Below are positions 8,083 to 15,797 of a stretch of 32,000 bases of DNA, in pieces. The position numbers were made by a program, and so were the translations under genes. Source of the stretch: Akkermansia muciniphila ATCC BAA-835 (lineage in GTDB: Bacteria; Verrucomicrobiota; Verrucomicrobiia; Verrucomicrobiales; Akkermansiaceae); assembly GCF_000020225.1 (NCBI RefSeq), contig NC_010655.1, positions 1,350,001 through 1,382,000 of the forward strand, written 5' to 3'. Numbering within the stretch: the first letter of the stretch is position 1; every line of letters starts with the position of its first letter. Below the pieces are notes generated by a model, which searched no databases, was not told where the DNA came from, and saw nothing but the letters and a program-made list of their open reading frames with translations.

Positions 8083-9336
8083 ATGAATAACCGTTTAACA
8101 TCGTTTATTATCCGCAGATTTCTACCATTTCTCCGATATGAATATCTCAGGGAATTGGAAGCGTACCTCAGAAAAGAGGTAACCGGTTTTCCTACTGTAA
8201 TTCCTCCTGAACCTTTTTCCGACCGCCAACAGCTGGAGGCATACCGCAGGGCTCTCGGGCAAACTATTATTTCCGGCATTTGTTACCGGATGTACGGCCT
8301 TAAAAAGGAGACGGACAGGATTTACCGTATTTTCCACCTTTTGCAAACGTGCAGTTCCGGTGAAGCTACTGCGGATTTGCGGGAATACGCCGAATCGTTG
8401 GGCGTTTCCGTCAACAGAGATTTTTCCAATGGAATTGAACTCGCCGTTCTGCATTTTCTGGACGGCAATATCAGCTTGCTCAGGCAGATTGAGGAATTGC
8501 ATTCCATTAAAAAGAGGAAATCGTATCGTATTCTTCCCCCCATGAAAGATGCGCTTCCTTTCCCCATGATTACGGAGAAAGAAAGGGAGAAGGAAAAAGA
8601 AGGCTGCCGTCAATATCTGTCCCGAATTTTGTCGCAGAAGGGGATGACTGACGTATGCGTTATCAGCTGTGACCGGATTTCCTCTGATTACTGGTTTACC
8701 ATCAAACGGGGGCATTATCAGGAAACCGTTGATGAGGTTGACACGTCGGCCAAAGAGATAGTCAGCAGCATACGTACTCCCGGGAATACGGACATTGTCA
8801 TCTACAGGGGGAGTTCGAAATGCCTGTACATCAATTTACAGGTCAGCGCCAGAATCCAATGGATGATGCGGGCCTATGCCGTCATTGCTGGCCGCATGCT
8901 GTTCGGCTCGGATATTTGGGAATTAAGGAACCGCTACACCCTGAGCGTGTTTAATAAGAAGCCCATCGCCGATATTGAGGTGTTCAATAATATTCCGGGT
9001 CTGCGAAGGGTTGCTGTTTATAAGCTTGTCATGTCCAGGCCTCTCCATGCAAGGAAGAGGACGGAGAAAGAGGTGTTGATGAGGGGATTTACAGGCACTT
9101 ACAAAAGCCTTTCCGAGCTTGGCGATGAAGACGGCCCCCTGATTGTCGTCCCCAGCGGGTTCCATGTGGACAAGGCGTTTTTTTATTTTGAGTTTGAAGA
9201 AGGAGACCCGAAAACCGTTTCTTTGACTCCCGATTCCAATGGCCTGGAATTGGAAAGCGAGCAATACAGGCTCATTGATATGTATTTTGAACAGGCTGGT
9301 TTTGACCAGTTGTACAATAGGATTCATGGAGCTTAA
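8083..9336 (+). CDS. hypothetical protein (417 aa), first gene of a coupled pair
   Basis: ATG 8083 to TAA 9334-9336, divergent from the lysis cassette. No domain recognised by eye, no TM segment and no P-loop. G+C on sampled lines is lower than in the flanks. Confidence 0.7.
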   Translation: MNNRLTSFIIRRFLPFLRYEYLRELEAYLRKEVTGFPTVIPPEPFSDRQQLEAYRRALGQTIISGICYRMYGLKKETDRIYRIFHLLQTCSSGEATADLREYAESLGVSVNRDFSNGIELAVLHFLDGNISLLRQIEELHSIKKRKSYRILPPMKDALPFPMITEKEREKEKEGCRQYLSRILSQKGMTDVCVISCDRISSDYWFTIKRGHYQETVDEVDTSAKEIVSSIRTPGNTDIVIYRGSSKCLYINLQVSARIQWMMRAYAVIAGRMLFGSDIWELRNRYTLSVFNKKPIADIEVFNNIPGLRRVAVYKLVMSRPLHARKRTEKEVLMRGFTGTYKSLSELGDEDGPLIVVPSGFHVDKAFFYFEFEEGDPKTVSLTPDSNGLELESEQYRLIDMYFEQAGFDQLYNRIHGA

Positions 9337-10516
9337 TTACGGCAATATCCTCAATATCATTATTGAAAGTGAGAGCCTGGAGTCTCCCGATTGGATATGG
9401 AAGGCCAGGGTGGGCGGGGATTTTTATCCGGGGCACTGGGTATGCGGCTGTAAACTTGCCGGAATATCCGGTGACTATTACAACCCCGACGATATCGGCA
9501 ATCCTTTGAAAGTGGTGGCTCTGCCTCCGGAAGAAGAGCCTTTTTACGAGTACGGAGGGAACCCCGGGGAAGAAGACCGCAGGCGTTTTTATGTATTGAA
9601 GGAACCCTGCTGCCGGGAGCCTGTTGAGAGGAGCGAGCTTTTCGTGCATGCCCTGGTGTTCGGGAAAATTGCTTTGAATATTGCCCGTTCCTGCGGAAAG
9701 ACGGAGAGGGAAATCAGCGGAACGGAGCTGATTCCGGAGTGCCTGATCAGGCTTTTTGATTTTCCTGTAACCGCCTATTTTGCTTTTGCTTTTGATGAGC
9801 GGCTGGTTTCCAGATGCCTGCGCGTCATCCGGCAGGCACAGCCGGAAAAGCCCTTTCTTCTCTTGGTGATGGGGAAGCGTTGGCGGACTGCCGCCATGGA
9901 GGCTGCAATTGTTGAGAAGTACAAAGGCATCGTTGTTTCCATTCCCGACGTCATGGTGACGACGAAAGATGGATTTGCCTGGGCATACGGCTATTCCTGG
10001 GAGTGGCTCAGGCAGGGCATGCCTGTGCATGCGCGCACGGGGGAAAGCCTTCCAACCGGCACCATGTGGGAGGATCTGTGGATTTCCGTGACCGATGAGC
10101 GGGAAATAGTCTTTTCCTGTTCACGGGGCGGTGGAGAAGTGAAGGAATTCATGAGGTTTTCCTATCGGGAGGAAAAACGTTTTTTCAGCAGGCAACGGGC
10201 GGCGGCGGGTCAGGATTCCACGAAGCCGGCTTATAAGATGCTGTTTTTGTACGTAATGAATCCGGATAAAGCCTGTTTGGACAAGGAGCTTCTGAAAAGG
10301 GCCGGGATAGGGAATGAGGCGGAAGCCAGGTCGGATTTGAGAAAAGTTCTTGTGGAAAGGCTGCCCCAGCTAGCGGAAAGAGACCCGTTTGCCAAGAAAA
10401 GGGAGAAGTCAAGGCAGGGCATGTACCGCCGGTTCCAGGTAGTGCCCTGTAAATCTTATATCCGTCCTTTGGAACTGATGCTTTCGCTTGAAAGGAAGCC
10501 GGAAAGGCACAGGTAG
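9326..10516 (+). CDS. hypothetical protein (396 aa), second gene of the coupled pair
   Basis: ATG 9326 overlaps the upstream stop by 11 nt; the ORF-track start at 9239 lies inside the upstream gene. Ends at TAG 10514-10516 and is followed by a strong terminator. The C-terminal ~90 aa are basic and helical (...LKRAGIGNEAEARSDLRKVLVERLPQLAERDPFAKKREKSRQGMYRRF...). Confidence 0.7.
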   Translation: MELNYGNILNIIIESESLESPDWIWKARVGGDFYPGHWVCGCKLAGISGDYYNPDDIGNPLKVVALPPEEEPFYEYGGNPGEEDRRRFYVLKEPCCREPVERSELFVHALVFGKIALNIARSCGKTEREISGTELIPECLIRLFDFPVTAYFAFAFDERLVSRCLRVIRQAQPEKPFLLLVMGKRWRTAAMEAAIVEKYKGIVVSIPDVMVTTKDGFAWAYGYSWEWLRQGMPVHARTGESLPTGTMWEDLWISVTDEREIVFSCSRGGGEVKEFMRFSYREEKRFFSRQRAAAGQDSTKPAYKMLFLYVMNPDKACLDKELLKRAGIGNEAEARSDLRKVLVERLPQLAERDPFAKKREKSRQGMYRRFQVVPCKSYIRPLELMLSLERKPERHR

Positions 10517-10658
10517 GAGGGCAGGCGGTTATAGACCCTCCCCATGAGCGGCTAGCTGGATGAGCTTATTCGTCCAGCTAGCCGCTTTCTTTTGGTAAAT
10601 ATATGAATTTCAAATAATAATGATGATGTGAAAGTGGGGTGTTTTTCGCTAGCTGGAT
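10366..10658 (+). promoter_or_regulatory. cluster of four GCTAGCTGG/CCAGCTAGC motif copies around the terminator and upstream of the sigma-like gene
   Basis: The copies are ccagctagcgg (10366-10376), gctagctggat (10551-10561), tccagctagcc (10573-10583) and gctagctggat (10648-10658). The last copy lies 24 nt upstream of ATG 10682. Confidence 0.3.
10547..10595 (+). terminator. rho-independent terminator
   Basis: Perfect 14-bp stem: agcggctagctgga (10547-10560) pairs with tccagctagccgct (10573-10586) across a 12-nt loop, followed by ttcttttgg. Confidence 0.8.
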
Positions 10659-10681
10659 AAGTCCGCACAGGGTTGGTGAAT

Positions 10682-11275
10682 ATGCACGAAAAGCAATCAC
10701 CATCCTTGTTGGAAACCGTGGAAAACCACGCCTTATATCTCGCTCAGCGCCTCCGTTCAAAAGCAAAATCCATCGGATTTCAGATACCTGAGGAAGAGTA
10801 TCTGGATGTCCTTCAACGGTTCAGAATCCGATGTTGGGAAATTTGCCGCCGTTACCGGAAAGGCGGCGCCGCCGGCATGAAAACATACCTGGGCAATGCA
10901 ACCGTTTTTGAGCCGGAACGCTATTTGCGCGAGAGGAACCGGAAGAAGAGGCTGCTGCTGCGGGAAGCCCGTCCTCTTGAATATGAGAATGGCCGGGAAA
11001 TTGATGCTGATGAGCATTCGGAATTCCTTTCCGGGCTGATGTTCCGGGAAGAATTCGCGCGGGAAATGGAATCTCTGGAGCCGCTGGAAAGGGCGCTGGT
11101 TGAGGCATTGATTGACGCTGAAGGGAATTTGTCACGGGCTGCCAGAAGCATTCGTCTGGAGGAAAGCAGAGCGCGCCGAATCAGGAAGCGCCTCCGGGAG
11201 GAAAAATTCACTTTTTTAAGAAATGGGCGGCGAATTTCCGGAAACGCGGCAAGCAATCATAGTGAAGGCAGATGA
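10682..11275 (+). CDS. divergent sigma-70/ECF-like factor (region 2-like plus region 4 HTH)
   Basis: The first ATG is at 10682; the ORF-track start at 10673 is TTG. The region 2-like block is EEYLDVLQRFRIRCWEICRRYRKGG...TYLGNATVFEPERYLRERNRKKR. The region 4-like block is LEPLERALVEALIDAEGNLSRAARSIRLEESRARRIRKRLREEK. Confidence 0.5.
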   Translation: MHEKQSPSLLETVENHALYLAQRLRSKAKSIGFQIPEEEYLDVLQRFRIRCWEICRRYRKGGAAGMKTYLGNATVFEPERYLRERNRKKRLLLREARPLEYENGREIDADEHSEFLSGLMFREEFAREMESLEPLERALVEALIDAEGNLSRAARSIRLEESRARRIRKRLREEKFTFLRNGRRISGNAASNHSEGR

Positions 11276-11371
11276 ACGTTCTTTCTTTTCTGGCGCATGC
11301 CCTGTCCGGGACAGCTTCGTGAAGAGCCGTTTATTCACTTTATCAAGAACCATAAGTATTTGAAAAACAAA

Positions 11372-12100
11372 ATGATGAATACAACAAAAACATGCGGGAA
11401 TTCCAGTTCCCGGCCTCAGCGTTCGGAAAATTCCCTTTCCTGTCCCGTGGCGGATGCCGCGGCAGGCCCCTCTCATGAACCCCTGCTTCCCGTAGGCACG
11501 GTTACCGGAGATATCAGGAACAACGACATTGTCCTTCCCCGCCTGAACATTGTTCAAAGCGTAGGCGCCCTTTCCGGGATATTTCCCCCCGGCAGTATCA
11601 TCCTCAACAGGGAGGTTGTTCTTTCCGACGGAAGCGTTCCTCTGGAGCTTTCCGTGCTTTCCGCACGCAAGCAGTTTATTGAAAAACTCCCCTTTGATTC
11701 CGTGGAGAAGCCGGCCGTCTTCAATTCTCTGGAAGAAGTAATAGCCTCCGGAGGCACGGTCGGCAGAGAGCCGGGAAACCGGCCTTCTTTCGCTCCCGTT
11801 CTGCATGTGCAGGCGCTTTTCAAGGCTCCGGAGGGCGTGGATTATCCCTTTCCCCTGGAGTACGAAGGAGAGGCTTTCGGGCTGGCTGCCTGGTCCCTGC
11901 GCGGCATGGCTTATTACCTTGCGGGGCGCGACATCCTCACGGCTTCCAGATTTGCCCTGAGGAATGAAGTATTCGCCGGCAAGTGGAAGCTTACGACCAG
12001 GCTCAGGAGGCTGGAACATAATGGCATTTTCATTCCCGCGCTGCGCAGTGCGGGCCGCAGTACACCGGAGTTCTCCTCCTTCATCAGGAGCATTGGTTAA
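11372..12100 (+). CDS. hypothetical protein (242 aa; 267 aa if ATG 11297 is used)
   Basis: Open frame to TAA 12098-12100. Contains ...[28 protein letters not shown]...; no family recognised. It lies 34 nt upstream of the first glycosyltransferase gene. Confidence 0.6.
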   Translation: MMNTTKTCGNSSSRPQRSENSLSCPVADAAAGPSHEPLLPVGTVTGDIRNNDIVLPRLNIVQSVGALSGIFPPGSIILNREVVLSDGSVPLELSVLSARKQFIEKLPFDSVEKPAVFNSLEEVIASGGTVGREPGNRPSFAPVLHVQALFKAPEGVDYPFPLEYEGEAFGLAAWSLRGMAYYLAGRDILTASRFALRNEVFAGKWKLTTRLRRLEHNGIFIPALRSAGRSTPEFSSFIRSIG

Positions 12101-12133
12101 ATTTCTTACCCTCCGCAACGAAGAGCAGCGCTC

Positions 12134-13177
12134 ATGAGCAGTCCAATCAGGAGATTATTCGTCAACGGGTTCCCGAGCCTCTACGGAGGAGCGGGAACGG
12201 AACTTCACCACCAGATCATTGTCTGGCGCAAGATGGGCGTGGAAGTCCATCTCATCCCGTCCTGGGATTACCACGGGGAGCCTCTTTACAACGAGATGGT
12301 TTCCCTGGGCGTTATCATGCACGCCCCAGCGGACTGGTCGGCTGTCCAACCCGGCGACCCCGTGCTCGGTTTCTGCAATGCCGGCTTCCTCAACGCCTTG
12401 CCGGAAATACGAAGGCATACGAAACGCACAGTTTTCATCAACTGCATGACGTGGCTTTTCCCCAGGGAAAAGGAGGCCATGCAAAAGGGGGAAATCGCCA
12501 TGTTCCTCTATCAGAATGAAGCCGTCCGCCAGGAAGCCATGCCCGTGCTGCGCAAGCTCAACGGCGACCCGCAAGTGCAGTTCCTGACCTTCAGGCCCTA
12601 TTTCCATGCGGAATCCTTTCCCTTTATCCGGGAACGCGATGAGGATTTCTTCGGTTGCGGGCGCATCTCCCGCCAGGATGCCGACAAATTCGCGGCCAAC
12701 ACCCTGCATATCTACGGCGCATTCGTATCCCCCGTGCAGAAGCGCGGCCTTTTCCTCGGTTTTGACAAGAGGAGCGAAGCCAAGATAGGCCGGCCCTTCG
12801 ACTGGATTCGGATTGCCCGCAATCAAAGGGAAGTTTCCCAGCAGGATTTTTATAGGCACAGCCGGATCATCCTCCAGCCGACGGATACGACGGAGAACTG
12901 GCCCCGCATCGGCTTTGAGGCGATGGCCAGCGGAAGCGTGCTCATTGTGGACAACCGGGGCGGGTGGCGGCAGATGGTGGAGCACGGCAAAACAGGATGG
13001 CTGTGCAGCAACGAAAGGGATTTCATCTACTACGCTTCCAAAATGGCCTGTGAACCGAATCTTCGCGATGACATGGCGGAGGCGGCCCGGGCGCGCGGCC
13101 TGGAGCTGGGCGGGCTGGATGTTTCCCTGGAGAGCTGGAAGGAAGTGCTGGAGGCGATGGCAAGACTCCCGGAATGA
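12134..13177 (+). CDS. glycosyltransferase, GT4/GT1-fold (GT-B)
   Basis: 347 aa. The C-terminal block TENWPRIGFEAMASGSVLIVDNRGGWRQMVEHGKTGWLCSNERDF is the typical retaining GT-B E-x7-E region. Confidence 0.8.
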   Translation: MSSPIRRLFVNGFPSLYGGAGTELHHQIIVWRKMGVEVHLIPSWDYHGEPLYNEMVSLGVIMHAPADWSAVQPGDPVLGFCNAGFLNALPEIRRHTKRTVFINCMTWLFPREKEAMQKGEIAMFLYQNEAVRQEAMPVLRKLNGDPQVQFLTFRPYFHAESFPFIRERDEDFFGCGRISRQDADKFAANTLHIYGAFVSPVQKRGLFLGFDKRSEAKIGRPFDWIRIARNQREVSQQDFYRHSRIILQPTDTTENWPRIGFEAMASGSVLIVDNRGGWRQMVEHGKTGWLCSNERDFIYYASKMACEPNLRDDMAEAARARGLELGGLDVSLESWKEVLEAMARLPE

Positions 13178-13959
13178 ACATGGAACGGAAAACCGGCCTT
13201 ATGAATAAAAAATATGTTTCCCCGTGTTTCCTGCCCGGCATGCGGCTGGGCAACATCATGTTCACGCTGGCGGCCGCCTGTGCCCACGCCCGTACCGTAG
13301 GGGTGGAGTGCCGGGTGCCCTGGGCTTACAATGACGCTTCCCTGATGCTGCGCTCCCGGCTCGGCGGCTGGGTGCTCCCTTCTACGCCGTGCGGCACCAA
13401 TGAACCTCCATCCTGGCAGGAACCTTCCTTTGCCTATTGTCCGGTTCCCTCCCGCATCCGGACGGGCGGGCTTCGCGGCTACTTCCAGAGCGCACGGTAT
13501 TTTGAAGGGCAGGAAGCGTTCATCCGGGCGCTTTTCGCGCCTCTCACCGCGGAGAAGGAGCCCGGCGCCGTTGGCATTCACATCCGGCTTGGGGACTACA
13601 GGCGCCTCCGTGACAAGCACCGCATTCTGGACCCTGGTTTCCTGCGGAGGGCCGCAGGGCATTTATCATCCGGGAAGAACCGTCTGGTGCTGTTCAGCGA
13701 TGAGCCGGACGAGGCGGCGGAGATGCTTGCGCGCGTGCCGGCATTCGGACGCTTTGCGCTGGAAATCGACCGCGGCGCTCCGTGCGAATCCCTCCGCCGC
13801 ATGACGGCGATGGAGGAACTCGTCATGTCGTGTTCTTCCTTTTCCTGGTGGGGCGCGTGGCTGGGAAATACCCGGAAGGTCATCGTTCCGCGCGACTGGT
13901 TTGTCGGCGGTGTGGAAGACTACCGGGATATTTACCTGCCCCATTGGGTAACACTGTAA
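13174..13959 (+). CDS. GT11-family alpha-1,2-fucosyltransferase-like protein
   Basis: An ATGA overlap (13174-13177) joins it to the upstream stop. GT11 blocks are present: RLGNIMFTLAAACAHA, VGIHIRLGDYRRL, LVLFSDEPDEAAEML and MSCSSFSWWGAWLGN. Alternative start at 13201. Confidence 0.8.
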   Translation: MNMERKTGLMNKKYVSPCFLPGMRLGNIMFTLAAACAHARTVGVECRVPWAYNDASLMLRSRLGGWVLPSTPCGTNEPPSWQEPSFAYCPVPSRIRTGGLRGYFQSARYFEGQEAFIRALFAPLTAEKEPGAVGIHIRLGDYRRLRDKHRILDPGFLRRAAGHLSSGKNRLVLFSDEPDEAAEMLARVPAFGRFALEIDRGAPCESLRRMTAMEELVMSCSSFSWWGAWLGNTRKVIVPRDWFVGGVEDYRDIYLPHWVTL

Positions 13960-13988
13960 TTCCGCCACGAACCCATACCCGTAAAACA

Positions 13989-15677
13989 ATGAATACGAGA
14001 ACCGTTACAAGCCTCTGGGTGGGCGGGGAACTTCCCCTGATGTCCGTTCTGTGCATCAAATCGTTCCTGGACCATGGCCATGCTTTCCAGCTTTTCACCT
14101 ACCGGAATTACGACAATATTCCCGCGGGAACGCTTGTGCGCGATGCGCGGGATATTCTCCCGGAGGAGGCGATTTTCCATGATTCCCACAATAGCCTGGC
14201 GCCGTTTTCCGATTGGTTCCGCATGAAATTCCTTTCACAGGAAGGCGGCTTCTGGGTGGATATGGACGTCATCTGCCTGGGTGATGAACTTCCTGCCTCT
14301 CCTCTCTGGTTCTGCAGGGAGTGGGCGGAGGTGGTGGCCGTAGGCGCCATGGCCTTTCCTCCCGGTCATTCCGTTCCCGCAACCCTGTGCCGCCTTGCTG
14401 AGGATCCGGCGCTCCGCGTCCCCTGGGACTCTCCGGAAGAAGTCCGGGCCAAGGAGGAACTGCTACGCCGTGTGCCGGATATCGCCGATCGCCGGCGCCA
14501 GGTTCCATGGGGATTTTGCGGCCCCACCGGGATGACGCGCGCGTTGCGCCACTGCGGCCTGTTTGACCGGGCCGCTCCGTCTTCCCACATGTATCCGGTC
14601 CCCTGGACGAGATGGCGCGACTGCTACAACGGCAGCATACGCCTTGCCGGGCCGGAATTGTCCAATGCCTGGTGCGTCCACCTCTGGGGAGAGATGGCCA
14701 GGCGGGAGCCGGACGCCTGGGAAAATATGAGCCGCAGCAGCATGGCAGGCGAGCTGCTGGACAGGCATCTGCCGGGCCACGCCTGGAAGCCTGCCCCCGG
14801 GCCGCGTAAAAAAGTGAATATCCTGGTGGGCATCTGCAGCTGCACAGGCGCGGCGAACCGCCGCAAGGCGTGCCGGGAGACCTGGCTTTCCCATCCTCAG
14901 GAGGGTGTGGAATGCAGATTTTTCCTGGGGCGGCGCACTCCTTTGCCCAATGAGCCCGATGTAGTGGCCCTTTGGGTGGAGGACGATTACAGGCACCTGC
15001 CCGCCAAGGGGCTTGCCTTTTATCAATATGCCCTGGAACATTATGACTTTGACTGGCTTTTCAAGTGCGACGACGATACCTGGCTGGCGCTTGACCGCCT
15101 GGAAAGCCTCTGCGACGGCCGCTATGACCTTGTGGGCGACATGTCCCTGGCGGACAGGGGGTTCCCCAGCGGCGGAGCGGGCTACCTGATGAGCCGGGCG
15201 CTTGTGGAGGGTATTGTGGCGCACGGCGGCCGGGTTCCCGCCGTCGGGGCGGAGGACGTCATCTTCGGCCGGCTGGCGCGGGAACTGGGCGCGCGCGTCC
15301 ATGCCACGCCGCGCCTCTTCCTCAGCCATGCTCCGGCGCCCCACCGCCTGAATGACCAGGTGAGCGCCCATTGGTGCTCTCCGGGCAGGATGCACGGCAT
15401 TGAGGCCCTTTTCCATGATGAACCGGTGGCCGTTTATGACGCCGTGCATCCCCATTGGAGGGACGAACTCCTGTTTTTTGCCCGGGGCCGTTTCATGCGC
15501 GGCGCCGGCGGCTGCACCGGGCGCTACGTCCTGCAGGACGGGCTTCTCACGCTGTTCTGGGATGACTGGGCGCCGGAAGCTCTGGAAAAAAACGGCAGCG
15601 GATTTTCCCGCGGTCCGTTCTCCCTGACCCCTGCCGCCGGCAGCCGGCAGCTTCCTTTTCCGGAGTCCGTGTCCTGA
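13989..15677 (+). CDS. two-domain glycosyltransferase: GT32-like (DXD sugar-binding region) N-half plus GT31/Fringe-like (beta-1,3-Gal/GlcNAc-transferase type) C-half
   Basis: 562 aa from ATG 13989; the track start at 13782 overlaps the GT11 gene. The N-half reads LWVGGELPLMSVLCIKSFLDHGH...FSDWFRMKFLSQEGGFWVDMDVICL. The C-half reads KVNILVGICSC..RRKACRETWL..DDYRHLPAKGLAFY..DWLFKCDDDTWL..GGAGYLMSRALV. Confidence 0.8.
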   Translation: MNTRTVTSLWVGGELPLMSVLCIKSFLDHGHAFQLFTYRNYDNIPAGTLVRDARDILPEEAIFHDSHNSLAPFSDWFRMKFLSQEGGFWVDMDVICLGDELPASPLWFCREWAEVVAVGAMAFPPGHSVPATLCRLAEDPALRVPWDSPEEVRAKEELLRRVPDIADRRRQVPWGFCGPTGMTRALRHCGLFDRAAPSSHMYPVPWTRWRDCYNGSIRLAGPELSNAWCVHLWGEMARREPDAWENMSRSSMAGELLDRHLPGHAWKPAPGPRKKVNILVGICSCTGAANRRKACRETWLSHPQEGVECRFFLGRRTPLPNEPDVVALWVEDDYRHLPAKGLAFYQYALEHYDFDWLFKCDDDTWLALDRLESLCDGRYDLVGDMSLADRGFPSGGAGYLMSRALVEGIVAHGGRVPAVGAEDVIFGRLARELGARVHATPRLFLSHAPAPHRLNDQVSAHWCSPGRMHGIEALFHDEPVAVYDAVHPHWRDELLFFARGRFMRGAGGCTGRYVLQDGLLTLFWDDWAPEALEKNGSGFSRGPFSLTPAAGSRQLPFPESVS

Positions 15678-15797
15678 CGGGCATGGCCTCCATTCCCTGT
15701 TCTTCCCATCCGTCCGCCGTGGTGCGGCACGGGAAAGGAAGATGAACCAATCCAATCGGCGCCTTTCGCGCCGCAATAAAACAACAATCATCACACA

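Noticed and set aside
9680-9710. A P-loop-like string, ARSCGKTE, in the second protein of the unknown pair.
   Set aside because: The spacing does not fit Walker A ([AG]x4GK[ST]), and no Walker B-like hhhhD/E follows.
6476-12130. An integrated prophage or island with att sites at tRNA-Leu.
   Set aside because: I could not find a direct repeat of the tRNA 3' end (..ggttcgagtcctttcgggcgcacca) anywhere downstream in the window. No integrase or structural phage genes are visible. I therefore report only 'accessory patch next to a tRNA'.
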